64,000 bases of DNA from the human T2T-CHM13v2.0 reference genome, Homo sapiens. The notes under the pieces are model-generated. The model saw only the letters and a program-made list of their open reading frames with translations. It was not told the origin of the DNA and searched no databases. Shown here in pieces: positions 39,020 to 53,669 of the stretch; positions within the stretch are counted from its first letter, which is position 1, and every line of letters starts with the position of its first letter. Location: NCBI RefSeq assembly GCF_009914755.1, contig NC_060944.1; one strand, given 5' to 3'. The translations under genes and the position numbers were made by a program.

Positions 39020-42000
39020 TCATGGGTGAGAAATTAGAGAGATCTTAGCCACCTGTTCACACCCCAGCACACAGGGAATCACCTGGGAGCTTTTAAAGCA
39101 CACCAATGACAGTTCAACCCCTACGGATCAGGAGTTTTAAAAGCCTCTGTGATTCTATTGCACAGCCAAGGCTGAAAACCAGCTCAGGACTCATCAATGG
39201 ACCCATCTGAGCCCCAGGTGAGGGAATCAGCACTATGGGAATCACTGAGGCACGGCCATGGCTAAGATGGTGACTGCTGAAATCTAAGAGCCTGGGTTTG
39301 AGCCCCACCTCTGCCACTTTGTAGCTGTGTGCTTTTGGGCAAGTTACTTCCCACCTCTGAGCCAGGCTCCGCACCTGTAAAATGGGGATGATACATCTTC
39401 ATAGGAACCTTTCCAAGGCATGAAACAAAGCTGAAGTGTCCAGCACAGTCATAAACAGTAAGCACCACGCAACAAGAAGCCTCAACCACAGGGTGGAGAC
39501 ATGCTCTGGAACGTGACCATGGCTCTCTGCCCAAACACGCTCATGGGGGCTAACGGCAGGGCAAAACCCGCCCAGAGTCTTGCTACCAAGTCATGAATCC
39601 GCACATCATAAGTTGCCACCACCCCAGCATCCCCAGGAGAGGACTGGGCAAGGAGCCCTTGGCCCACTGCCCGAGGGCCGCCCTGTGAGGGGGCTGCATC
39701 GTTCCTCCTACCACATCCAGCCCCACCTACCTTCTCAGGTTTATGGACCAAAATCATCACGGCGTCCCCAGGGAGCTTCTCAGAAAGGCAGAAACTCAGG
39801 GCCCCCATCCCAGGGCTAGTCGAGGGCAAGAGCCTCTGCCTGGGCTGAAGGGACCCAGGAAACTGAGCCCAGGCCTCCTCTGCCAATCCATCCTGTGTGG
39901 TGGGGACAGGCAGGGGGCAGCTCCCTCTTCCTCAGAGTGACTCAGGCTGCAGCTGATCCAAATCTTGGCCCTCGAGACCACGCTGAGGTCACCCTCCTGG
40001 CAGCCAAAATCACTGAGATGAACCCAGGGACATTTTCATCCAGCTGCCAACATCATCTCGACCTTGGTGGCGGCCGACTCCCTTGGAGCAGATTCTGCTG
40101 CCCTGGCTGGCCTTGGCCTCCCAGGGAGGTTCTCAGAGGCCAGCTCCCAAAGCAGAAGTGTGTCGCCTACATGTGGGGCAGCGCTGTGGAGTGGGGCAAG
40201 CCTGACACATGCTCAAGGAGAGACGGGGAAGACTGGGATGGAAGATGCCAGGTCCCAGCTCCACAGCAGAAACAGGGCAAACAGCACAACCCCTACCCCA
40301 AATATCCTCACCTTCACCTGGAACCAAAGTCTGCACCAATGGAGACAGGAGCAAGTCCAGCTCCTGGAAGCCAGGCCCCAGCTGGCCTGGCCTCAGGCCT
40401 GGGGTTCAGAAAATGAGGATAAGACTCCGATCCTTTCGCAGCCCCCTCTCACCCCAGCAAGGCCTCTGGAGCCAAGGCCACTGTCCCCAGACCTGCCTCT
40501 GAGCCCCCACTCGCTCCACAGCCCGCCAAGGGCGGCTCCAACATGTCTTTCCAGCTGTCTGGGGCCGCGCTTTAAGCAGAGCCGCAGGGCTATGGAAGGC
40601 CTCCAGCTCGGCTCATTATCGGAATTTAATCTGGATTCCGAGAGATCAAGAGGAGTCAGTGGAAAGTGACTCCCACAAGGGGAGAGACGCTGAGGCTGAC
40701 CCAAAGCCGGCTAATCCTCGGCACCCCCGGGGCTTTCCTGGAGCTCAGGCACAGCTCGTCAGATGTCCCAGCCCTGCACAGCTGGGCAGCTGGCGGCACA
40801 GAGACAGAGGCAGCCACATGGCGGGGACAGCAGGGCAGGCTCTGGGCTCCCCCGGGCTGAGGTCTGCAGGAGGCCTTCAGCTGGAAGAAGCTGTGCGGGC
40901 CCAGGTTGGGGACATGCAACCAGGTTGGGGACATGCAAAGAAAAAGCCTATCTCTGAACAGGCGAGCTGGAGGAAGCGTGGGGGATTTGAAGAGCATTTG
41001 CAAGCTCAGGGCTTTGTTCCTACTGGAAGATTGCAGAATTAGGGGAATTGGCTCGGTGGACCTACACGGGAAGGCAGTGCCACAGCCACCACCCAGGGCT
41101 CTTGTCTTCCTAAAGAGGTCTTGCTCCACTTCCTGCTGTGATGATGATGATACTAACGCAGGTGACCATTTATTGAGCACTTCCTGTGTGTAAGACACTG
41201 TTGTAAGTATGTCACCCCCTTTCATCCACAGCACAACTCTGGGAGGGAGATTCAATTATTATCCCCATTTTACAGAGGGAAAAACTGAGGCTCTGAGAGA
41301 TGACTCTTTCCCAAGGCCACATGGGTAGCTGGTGGCAGGATTTGAATCCATGCTCTTAATAGCTGGGGAATTACATCATAGGGGCATCTTGGTTCTAGGT
41401 TCAAAAACAAAACAACCTGTCCAGAAAAATGAATAAATAATATATTTTTTAAATTTAACCATTTAACTTCTGAAGAATGGAGGCTTTGCTGCAGGAGGCA
41501 CAGGAAGAACATGTAGAAACCTAAAGAAAGCAGCTCCGTCTTGCCCTCCACTGCTTCTCACCCTATTCCCTTCCTTGCTCAATGCTCCCACCTGCCATGT
41601 CCTCTCCTCTGCTGGAATGTGAGCTTCCAGAGGGCAGGGACTCGTGTCTGGTTCGTTCTGGTCGATGCCCTCAGGCATGGCATGCAGCAGGTACCTGTGC
41701 TGAGGAGGGACTCAGTCACTCAGCAGCCCAGAAGCCCCCAGGAGCAGGACCCCAGCACTAGAATGGGCACCCCCAGCCCAAGTTGCCTGTTGCCGGCAGC
41801 CTGGCAGGGAGGACGCCTGGAACGCCCATCCCTCCTCCAAACACAGTGCTCAGGCCTGCTGCCCAACCCTGCAGCCCTCAGGATCCACCCCATGGATCTC
41901 AGGCAAGACAGCAGAGGCACCACAGACCATGATGGGACCAGGTGCCCACAAAGCCAGCAGGAAGGACCAAGAGCTGCCGGAGCTGAGTGGAGAATCCAGA

Positions 42001-42362
42001 TAACAGCCTGGACACAGAGGCTGTGGTTTCATCCTAAGCAAGAAGCTCCCTGGCTGCTGGGAGTAGATGTCGATGTCACCTCCCAGGAGAGCTGCTCAGC
42101 AGTGTCTACCAAAGCCACCCATGTGTGGGCCCTCTGACCCCACAATTCTATCTCTAGAACTTTATCTGACTGATAGACATGAACACGTATGTCAGCGAGG
42201 GTACTTGCCCTGCGGCACCATCCATCATAGAACAGAGGAGCCAGCGTGCACACGTGAAACACAGCACAACCCAAGCCGTGGAACAGTGAGGTGACTCAGA
42301 GGATGAGGGCACCCCGTGTGAACCCCTGGAAAGGGCTGCCAAGGTTCATCATCCAACGATGA

Positions 42363-43023
<661 letters not shown>

Positions 43024-43965
43024 TGAAGGCTACTGTGAATATGAAACAAGATATCAAGTGCAAAACACTCTGGAAACGCTCAAGAACAGTTTTGTTTTCT
43101 TGGTACTTAGATGACCATCCCCACCCCCACCCCCCACCAGCACCAAATAGCAGTGCTTGGCAAACGTAGCTGTGATGGTTCTTCTGTCCCTGTCTATGGT
43201 AACAAGTCCCCTTTCTAGCTGAAGATGCTAAGCCTGCACATCACAAGGAGGTGCCCACACCACCTTTCTTCCATCAATTTCCCTGCCCAGTGGGGACGGT
43301 AGATGTCTGACAGCCTGCGGGGTCCAGCAACCCAGCCACTGAGTAATAGGACCTTGGTCATTTCTGCCTCGGGACTGTCTGAATAGAATGCACCTGCTAA
43401 ATGTCCCAGCCCTTTTTCTTAGCCTCCTTACCTCTCACAAGACCTTGAAATTAATGGATCTCGATAAATTAAAGACTTTCAACACAAACGTTTGGTTTCT
43501 GACCTAGTGATTCTTGGAAGGCTAAGAGTTCTCTGTTTTTTTTGGTTTGGGTTTTTTTCTTCCCCTAACATTTTATTTTAGATGGCCACCTTAATTGGTT
43601 GCCTGACATCGTGCACTGGGTTTCAGAGTGAGAAACGGGAGAGAGGTAGCCCTTCAAAAATGTTTCTTCCCCTTCCCCTTTTCTTCTATGTCCCTTAGCA
43701 CCCAGCCAGATCTAGACTGCCTATAAAAACCCACAAGGCACCACGCATCCCTGGGCTCCCTGGCCTTCTACTATTCCTGAATTTGTTGTCGGTCATGGTT
43801 TTAAGGAAGTGACATACACCATACACCTTTTTTAGAAGGGATAATCTGGTACAGGGCCTGGCACGTGGTTGTGCCAATCTGACCCATCCTCTGGCCCTCA
43901 CCACCTTCTTCCTCTGCCCCCAGAGGAAACTCAGCACCTCTCCCAGATACCCGTATAGCACCCAC

Positions 43966-44158
43966 CTGCCCAAGTGCTCCTGGAGCACCTGATAAACGCT
44001 GATCCGGAACGTCTCATTGTCGAAGCGTTCCCGGATGTAGTCCTTGTAGATCCGGAATTCGGCTGCCGTGACAGCTTCCCCTTCTGGGATCTTGGAAAGA
44101 TCAAACCGGAACTCTCGATGGTGGTAGCGTGGGTGGAAGAATTCCTTGTCATGTTCCA
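43966..44158 (-). CDS. BMP7: BMP7 coding exon 2 (193 bp, prodomain): (V)[63 protein letters not shown](R)
   Basis: Translation lies within ORF 43695..44180 and matches human BMP7. Acceptor ttcctcttccAG (AG at 44160-44159), donor CAG|GTGGGT (GT at 43965-43964), branch-point-like CACTAAT at about 44198-44204. Contains the N-E-T sequon. Confidence 0.98.
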
Positions 44159-46247
44159 CTGGAAGAGGAAGAGAACACACACCAACACCGACAGCTCATT
44201 AGTGTCTGGGTTTCACTCTCTGGCTCTGAGTCCAAGCATCTTGCCTAAGCTAGATGGAGGCATGCCCATTGCCAGTGACCCCAGTGACAACTGCTCCTTC
44301 CTCACCAACACACTGTAGACTGGAGGGTCACAGGCTCAGACCCCATGGTCCCCATGGTCATCCTGAATGACAAGAGCATGATTCTGCATCCAACCTGCTG
44401 GGAAAAGTAGGGCACTAACCACAGCCATCCAAGAGGTCCTGGCCAGACTCAGGTCCCAGGGGCTCAGGCCTGGGTTGGAATCTGGCCTCAGCCACTAACC
44501 AACAGAGTGGCCCTAGATAAGGTAACAGAAAACCTCTATGGAACCCAATTTCATCATCTAAAAAATGGGGATTGTAATCCTCCTTCATGGGTTATGGTCA
44601 GGGTTGAATGATCTCATTCACACAAATAGTTTAACATCTGCTAGGGTTGGATAACTGTTAGCTATTGTTGGTAAGCATAAACCTTACTGTGCCTAGTATG
44701 AGACATCTCTAGGACCAGGGGTTCTCAGCCCTGAATGCACATGAAAATCACTGTGGAAACTTTTAGAAAATACTGATGTCCTGGCCCAAGTCTGGGCTGG
44801 TAAACATTTAACAATTGGCTCTCAGGGACCTGATCTGAAGCGCCTGCTGACTACACCGTGTAAATACTGCCATCTTGGCAGATTTCAAGCTACCAACGTG
44901 AGGCTGCTGGACATGGGAAGAGAAGCACACAGTAGGCTCCAGCACACAGCTACTCCGACCCCCTCCTGAACCAAGGGAATCCATATCTCTTTAAAGCACC
45001 CCCAGATATTTCTAATGAGGTGCCAAGGTTTACAGTCACAGCAGTAGACTAACAGCACTAAAAGGAGTGAATGGCAGAGTTGGGGTGGAGGTTGAACGTG
45101 ACTCAGGACAAAATAAGGCAAAAGGCCTCCACCTTTCTCCCTTCTCCTGGCAGCGGTATTAGACTAAGATGTCATGTCCATTTCATAGATGATAAGCACC
45201 AAGATGAAAGCCCAGGAATGGTGTTTCTGGGTGGGGACCTGTGGCTCCTGTGGATCATGCCCCCTCTGGACCAACATGGAGCAGGAATGACACTGGGAGC
45301 CACAGAGTGCTGGAAGGGGCAGAATGACCACACTCAGGCCAGTGAGAAGAACCTCCAGACACCTTTCATCTGCAGGAAAATACAAGCCCATCTCCACTTC
45401 CTGTCTGGGGGTGGGGAACTGGAGAGAGAGGGAGAAAGAGCAGAACCAGTTTGGCCAGCAGATTGGTCAGAAGAAAGGAGAAATACGATCAGCAATCTTC
45501 AGCTCTCAGGCTGGGTTATGGCTGCCTGGTTCCAAGTGGGACAGCAGGACGGGAACACCATTGAGGAAGAAGTTCACAGCACTGGCAGCCCCAAGACCCT
45601 GGCTGCGCAGCTCCATTAAAAACAATCTGGTTTAAACCTTAACAACAGTCCAAAAAGAGAGCAGGGTGAGGGCAGGAAGCATGGGGGAATTACCCGCTCA
45701 GGCTGTTCCCTCTCAGGAAGAAGGGGCAGATGAAGTCCCTGAGGCTGGGGTCTCTGGCTGGGCACAGGAGCATCCCTGTCTTTGGAGAGACCTCGGGAAG
45801 ATGACCTTTGAACCACAGCTGCTAGAATCCTGGGCCATATATGGAGAACTGGCGGGAGGGAAGGACTCTCCAGAAACCGTTCCGGGGTCCTTCCAGATGA
45901 CAGCTCTGCTTGTCACAACACGCCCCTCACGCCCACAAGGAACCCTTCTCTCCTGACCCAATCTATGGGACAGGCCAGATGAATGGGAGAGAAGGCCATG
46001 GGGATGTCACCAATCTGCTTTGATTTACAGAGAAGGTAGGAGTCTCCGTAAAGGGCAGCCACTTGGGAACCAAGTGAGCCTCGGGAGGTGACCCCAGGTG
46101 GGAAGGCGGGGCAAAGGGCCTGACTGTGTCACCGTGGGACTGCCCCCGGCCAGTCCTCTGTCACCTTTCCAGCTCAGTCAACCCTCATGCCAGCCCCAAA
46201 AGGTGAGCAGCCCGAGGAAGTGAGTACAATCCCGCATAGGTAGGTGA

Positions 46248-46714
<467 letters not shown>

Positions 46715-47200
46715 GTTTGCCAGAACTTTTTAACTGCACTGTTGTATACGTGTAGCGTGTGTGTAAACCAAAGTAAACCCAGTCACGGAGATTCCTCCAG
46801 GTCAAGAGACAGAACATTACCAACCCCCTTTCCCACCCTGGACTTCTCAAACTATAGGTTAGCTTCGCCTGTTTTTGAACAGTCGCTGCAGGGCCTCATA
46901 CACTATATCATCTTTTGTATCTGGCTTCTTCCATTTCACAGTGCTTGTGTAATTCATCCACGTCACCGTGCATGTTCATTCATCCTCATTGTCATATGAT
47001 AGTCCATCGTTGTATTAGACCACAATCCATGTATCCATTCTACAGTTCATAGGCGTTCAGGGAGTTTCCAGATTGGGGCTCTGAAAGCAGTGCTGCTATG
47101 AACATCACAGGACACGTGTTTCATGCCTAGAAGTGGCATTGTGCATTGCAGCTTTAATCACCCTGGAAGCTGTTCTCCCAAAGCATTGCATCTGAGAGGT
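46715..47200 (-). mobile_element. Old L1M (L1ME-like) 3' fragment
   Basis: ttttgtatctggcttctt...atccatgtatccattct...gtttccagattggggct...gctgctatgaacat. Confidence 0.7.
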
Positions 47201-47989
47201 TTTCATGAGTATGCTAGGAGAGAGGTGGAAGAGACCAGGTCTGCCCCCTGAAGGAGGTGGCACAGTCTTGGGACAACTCATGGCTTCTCGAGTGCTTTTC
47301 TCCAGGGGACCAGGAGCGGTGAAGCACAGATGAAGTCTTGTTCCAACCATCTCTGTTCTCCACTGCAGCACAGCCAGACCTCCAAAGACCAGGAAGAGCC
47401 CTTGAGTCGTGCCATGATTCAACTTTCAGCAGAGAGGGTTGCTCCCACAATCATGCACAGGTGCAAAGTCCAATGCCTTGAACACAGTGGCTCCCCGCAA
47501 ACCTCAGTTCCCTGCTCCCAGTGCTGGATGAACCCAGCTTCAGAGCAGCCCCACTGGCAGATACGCAATCAGCCTGAGCAGAGAAAGGGGCTGGGGAACA
47601 TCTGAGGATGTACAACTAAGGATGGCTGAAGAGCCCGGAAGTACAAAGCACATGTTTGCTGAGTGCTAACTCTGTGAGTCCTGCACTGAGCAAGCACTCT
47701 TTGCCATCATCTGATGGAACCCCATGAGACAGGACTGATCCCCATTTTACAGATGAGGACACTGAGGCTCAGGGAGGCCGGGTAACTTTCAGAGGTCACA
47801 AATCAGGTGAGCGGCTGAACTCCAAAGCTCACCCTCTTGACCTTCACACTCTCTAGAGCCAGGTGGCCTGAGTTTGATCTTGGCTGTGCCACTTACCAGC
47901 TGTGTGACCTTCCCCAAGCTACTTAATCCCTGGGTGTTCCCCTCCCCCTGGAGATAGTAACAATGGCCCTTTCTCATGGAGTTGTTGGG

Positions 47990-48585
47990 AAGATTACAGA
48001 AGCCATTTGCTGACAGGAGAAAGCCACAGGTGAGCCATTTGAGTCTGCCATTGTTACAGGGCCTCTAAAACAATGAGCCAGAAGAATGACAATCAATGCA
48101 GAAGAAGCAACATGTGCTGTGGGCATTTACACAGTGCACTTATGATTACATTTGAAAAAAAAAGTGCAATAGACCGAACAATAAAGATACGTTTGAATAA
48201 GCATGACATAAACACAGGTACAATCATTAGAGTCATGCCCAATGAAGAAAGAAAACACTGACACATAATCACAAACACAAGGTTTGTTACAACAGCTGCA
48301 GGTACAACTGTTTTTAATATAGAAGATGAACTGTATCTTAACTGTTAAGGTATCAGAGTTACAAGGTTCTTTTCTAAAAAGAAACTCAGGGATAAAGTGA
48401 GGAACTAAATTTCTTGCAAACATTTGTGGGCTCTTTGGTATGGCTTTCTGAGAGGATTTCCTTCATTAATTAGTTGGAGACTATGAGAAGCAGGAACGAC
48501 AATGTTACTCTATTCTCCCTGAAACCCACATTGTCACATGTTCTGAAAATAATTTTGTATCCATTATCAAAGAAAGAACAGTCAT

Positions 48586-48590
<5 letters not shown>
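47990..48590. promoter_or_regulatory. Candidate intronic developmental enhancer (repeat-free, AT-rich, SOX/FOX/homeodomain motifs)
   Basis: CATTGTT 48049, AACAATG 48069, AACAAT 48177, ATAAACA 48208, ACAAACA 48271, TGACAG 48011. No repeat similarity noticed. Function is inferred. Confidence 0.45.

Positions 48591-48638
<48 letters not shown>
48591..48638. repeat. (AC)24 microsatellite
   Basis: Directly visible. Confidence 0.98.
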
Positions 48639-48641
<3 letters not shown>

Positions 48642-50609
48642 TAAGCAGTGGATAATTCAAAGTCCAAACCAACTTCCAAATCTCATCTTTCCAAGGTTTC
48701 CCTTTTCTATGGAAGCCACTCCACAGTGTGAAATCTACACCATTTCAACTCAAGTATCAAGATAATTGAATTGTTACCACTACAAGAGGTAGAAGCTTGC
48801 ATGTATTTTTCAGGTGAAAATATGTCTTTATACTTTCTTCTAAAGTTACTGTATATAGTTGATTACCCAAGACTTGAGTTTTAAACTAAATGTCTAGAGT
48901 TGACATCTCCCCATGCCCACAGAGAAAAGCTTCCTAAGGAAGCCCAGAGCCTAGGATTCCAGCTTTTCCTCCCTCTACCTCCAGTTACATCCCAGCACCC
49001 CAAGGGCTGAGAGAGCTTACAGGCATTAACAAAGGACTTTCATCTTCAAAAAATTAAAAGGGCCTAAATCCCCAAGACCAAAAGATAAGTCCAAAGAAAA
49101 TGGATTCCAGAAAACACCATCCTGACAGCAAGCAGACCCATCACTGTCCCAAAGACAAGTCCAGTGTCTTCCTTTTACAAAAACCCGAAATAGCCCCAAA
49201 ACCAGCCCTAAGAGGGGAAATTCTGGGCTGGAAGGTGTCAATAATGGGTTAGAGGCCAGGTAGGAACAAGAAGCTGCCCACCTGGGTGCCCCCCCTTCAT
49301 GATCCTCTGCCATGCCAGGGAAGACTTCTGTCCCAGATGGGAGTCACACCTGCCCCCGGCATCACTCAGGAGTACCTTGCCTCTCCCTAACATCTGGGGT
49401 TCTTCCTCCCACCTACAGTTATGAGACATACTCAGGCAAACCCCTCACTAAGTTATAGTTGTCTGATACAAAGGGAGGGCCACAACCAAAGAAATTGGCA
49501 ACCCACTCTGTAGACTTGCAAAGGGCAGCTGGTGCTTAAACAGAACCTGCAGTATTCAGAGCCATGGGACAGTATTTAACACCCTAAAAATTAGGGGTAT
49601 GAACCCAAATATATGCATATGTACAGTCGTACATCATAATGCACAAAACTAAACGAACACAATACATTGTTACAAACACGAGAAAACAGATACAGAAGAT
49701 ATATTTCTCCTGCTTCCTGAGGGATGATTTTGTGCTGGGCATAGCTCATCAGGATAAGCAAAGTTGGGGCATGGCTCATTACAATGCACAACTGTTAAGG
49801 AGCCTTGCCCATGTCCCCCCACCCCCACTCCCATCCCTCTTGTATCTGTCTCTCTTGGAGAGTCCATCATCACTGTCCCAGTTGAGCCATGGGACTCCAA
49901 GGGAGCCACCATCTTGTTCCATGACCCTCTTCTCCCCAGTTGAGGGATGGGAGGAAGCCAGCCTTAACCTTGGCCACACATAGGCCTTCTTTTATTTTTA
50001 TTGGAACCTGGTATGAAAGAGCCCCTGTTCGCTCTCCCCGCCTTGATCTCTAAGGATGTAATCCAGTGCTCTGGGAAGCCCCTTGCCAGCACCTTGCAGG
50101 GAAGGCTGGTCTGTGAGAAAGAAGCTTCCAAGCACAGAGGACTGAGGTTGGAATTGAGGAGAGAGACCTGCTGGGTTGATCCCCTGGTCTGGTAGTCCCT
50201 GCCCTTCCTGAAGTTTGGGGTTTCAGCTCTTCCAATCTATGAGTTACGTTGAGATGCTTCAAAGAAGTCCCCTTTAAGCTAACTCTAGTCAGACTGCTGC
50301 CTGACTGCAACCAAGGCAGTTCTGAGCAAAACACACACAAGCCCAATTGTATACACACCCAGAAGTGGAAATGGATGGGCAGGAAACACTCCCAGGTAGC
50401 TGTGTTCTCTCCAGATGACCATTCACCATGAAAACCGCTTTCTTCAGACTTGGATCATTCCCAAATGTAAGGCATCCCCCTTGACTGAGCTCTGTAAGAA
50501 CAGGGCCCATGACTGTCTCAGCTCTGGATCGCATGCCCTCCACAGCCTGATGCTTAGCAGGGTCTCATAAATCTTCTGCATTGAACACATTACTCTTCAC
50601 GCAATTCCT

Positions 50610-51190
50610 TTCTAGTTTAAGTAAACTACTTTGTTGATAACGTACACACAGTAAGGCACACAGACAAGCATTCACGAAGTGTGATGAATTTCCACAACGT
50701 GAATGCACCTAGGGCAGGACACAAAACATTTATTACCAGCTCCGAAGTCGTCCCGACAGGGGTCCCTCCCAAACACCAGTCCCTCCTCCCCTAAGGCTGA
50801 CTGCCTTCCTAACACCCAATACCACGGACTGGCTCTGCCTCCATGAGACCTGACTATGGAATCACAGATGTGTTCTCTTCTGTGTCTGCAGCCTTCCACA
50901 GCCTCACTCATGTGGTTCTGTGTACCAGTGGTCCATGCATTCCCACTGCTGTCTAGAACCCTATCGTATGAATAGGACACAACTCATTTTTTTATAGTCA
51001 TTTGGGGAGTTTCCAGTTTGAGCCATTGGAGAGTTTACAGTTTGAGACAAGCTGTGCTGCAATGCATACTCTTGTGCATGGCTTTTGGTGAACACGTGTC
51101 CACTGGGTAAATGTCTTGAAGCAGGATTTCTGGGTCAGAGGGTAGGCACGTTCAACTTTAGTTCCACATCTGACTGTTTCCATGTCAACA
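50610..51190 (-). mobile_element. Old L1ME-like 3' fragment
   Basis: tgatgaatttccacaac...catttggggagtttccagttt...cttgtgcatggcttttggtgaacac...gatttctgggtcagagggtagg. Confidence 0.65.
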
Positions 51191-51651
51191 ATTTTGGGGA
51201 AACAGGGTATGAGGCCAAAGGAGACACAGTCCCTAAAGAGATCATTCATTTTTGTTGACTTTGGCAAATCCCAGTGCCTGCGTTCAGGTACGAGGCAGCT
51301 CTGCAGGTGAGGGTTCTTCCAGGAGAGGTGCTGAATGGACTCTTAAGGAAGAACGGAGGCCCACTAGTCCCAGAGGACAAGGAAGGGCACTGTAGGCAGA
51401 GGCAACAGCATGATCGAGGGCTCGACAGACAAGAAACAGGGCATGCTGGGGAGTTTAGGTAAGAAGTTTGCTGAGAACGACAAGAAAAAAGCAACAAATT
51501 CCTCATTGGGAAAATGCTTGAATGTCAAGCTAAGGGGTTGATCATTGATGTCATCAACCATGATGGCTTGGTCCCTTGTTAGACACAAAGCAGTGCCCTG
51601 ACCAGATCTATTTTAGATAGAGGACTGGTGACCCTGTGGAAAGTGGATTAT

Positions 51652-51714
51652 AGGGAGTGAGGACAGAGGCAGGGAGTGAGGACAGAGGCAGGGAGTGAGG
51701 ACAGAGGCAGGGAG
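51652..51714 (+). repeat. 19-bp tandem repeat, 3.3 copies (AGGGAGTGAGGACAGAGGC)
   Basis: Three perfect copies are directly visible. Confidence 0.95.
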
Positions 51715-53669
51715 CTCAGAGGAGGCTCTGATCAGAGATGATGCATACCCAGTACATGCACCCTCCTCCTCCCTCCTGGCACCCGAGGTAGGCATCACTA
51801 AACAATGGCAACACTCCTTTCTTAATTCTGGCACCCAGGCAGCCACTATCAATCTTGACTGGCTCAAGAGAAAAGATGTCAGCATTTTCCATCTCTTGTC
51901 AGGACCCCAGAAGTGTAATGGACCAGAAGTGCTTCTCTAGGGGAAGGAACAAGACAATTGATTAAAAGCAAGCATATGAAGAGGGGGAACTAGAGGATGC
52001 TGCCCACTGCCGGCCTGGAATGCCAGGAGGGCGATAACACCATCAGTAGATATCAACACAGGAGAGAGCGCTCAGGAGGTGAAGTGGTAGGGAAGAAACA
52101 CGTGTGGCTGCAGACAGGTGAAACTTGAGATGACCTGCAGAATGTTCAACTGGACAGTTGGAAAAAGAGGTTTAGATAACCCTGGCAAGAATGCTCAAGC
52201 TGGGAGCTGTTGAATTGGGTTTATGGATAAAGTTATGCACGAAAAATGCATTTATGATGAGAAAGACTAGCATGGCCTTGGATCAATATTTGGGGCTACC
52301 TGGGAGGGGGAGAACGATGCCACCAGAAGGACTTGGTCCAAAGGAAGGGAAGGACCAGAGGACTGGCAGGGCAAGATGGCGCAACAGTGGCCAGATTCAG
52401 AGAAAGGGGGCAGGGAGACCCCTCTTCCAGGGACCATTCACTGGATTTGGTCACTGGTTGCTCAGAGACCTCAGGAAGCAGCTCTCATGGGGACAGCCAT
52501 GCATAAAAAAAAAAAAAACACCTGACGAGCAAGACTGTGGCCAGTTGCACATGAAAGATATTTGTATCCATGAAAAGGGGAACCGTCAGCCCAGGCAAAG
52601 CCGCCTTCATTTCCTCCTGAAGCCGTTCTCCCAGCCAGGGCTGGAAAGAGTTGATAAATGGATAGTAAATAATCACCCAGCAGCTCCTTCCAAAACTTTA
52701 TGGTCTTCAGAAAAAATTTGGTTAACCTTCCAGACTATGCGGCCCTCTCACTGCCCCCAAAGATGCCGCTAAACTATGAGGCAGGAACAAATATTTTATG
52801 AGCAAAGGGATGCTTTCCAGGCAAAAACCACAAGTCCAGCATTAGAATTCCATGTTCCTCACTCAGAGTCTGGTTTCTGTGAGCACAGACTAGTCCAAAG
52901 CATTCTTCAGCTCCAGTTAGGGGCCGGGGACAGACCCCCACACCCCACTTTAATGAGGATGAGGCTCAAGGGGCTAAAAGAACTAATCGAAGTCCACATT
53001 ATAACCAGAAGTCAGAACTGGGTTTTCACAGACCCGAGGACTGCTCAGGGCCCCATATCCCGGAACGTCCCCGGTACCCATTTAACTCTGAAACTACCAA
53101 CCCTGGCTCGCTCTTTCCCTGGAGGGCTACAGCTCATCTGGAAGGTTCTGGCACACACCAGAACTCACTGGAGCTGACTTATCCCGGCTGCTGTTAGGAG
53201 GCAGTTTACGACCCACAGTTTCAGGGATGTGAAATTTGATGATGGCTCTTCATTCATTCATTCAAAGATTTACATGGCAAGATTAAGGAGCTTGAAAAAG
53301 CCGCCAGAGGCATGCAATAAATTGGGAATTCTGGAAAGTGGAACAGACATACCTGACTACTCTAACAGGAAAATGTTCTCTTAATAACATGAGCAGCCTG
53401 GAGAGGCCACACTGACACACACAGCTCTTGGGAGAAGGGAGGAGAATGCTCTATGCCCAGAGAAACAGAACATCGCCTAGAAGTTGACAATGATACACAT
53501 TGTTCAGATAACACCTCCACTGTACTCATTCAACAAGGACTTTCTGGCTGCCCCAGCATGGACGTGAGAGCCGTCAGTTGTACTGTAGAAGAGTAGTTCA
53601 TAGAAGCTCACTTAGATTGCAGCCCTGACAACCTATGGAACACCTAAGCCAGGTAAACAGCCACCATTT

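Noticed and set aside
43695-43965. C-terminal extension of the exon 2 ORF ([10 protein letters not shown]...)
   Set aside because: It is read-through past the canonical donor at 43965 into intron 2. There is no evidence for an intron-retained isoform from sequence alone.
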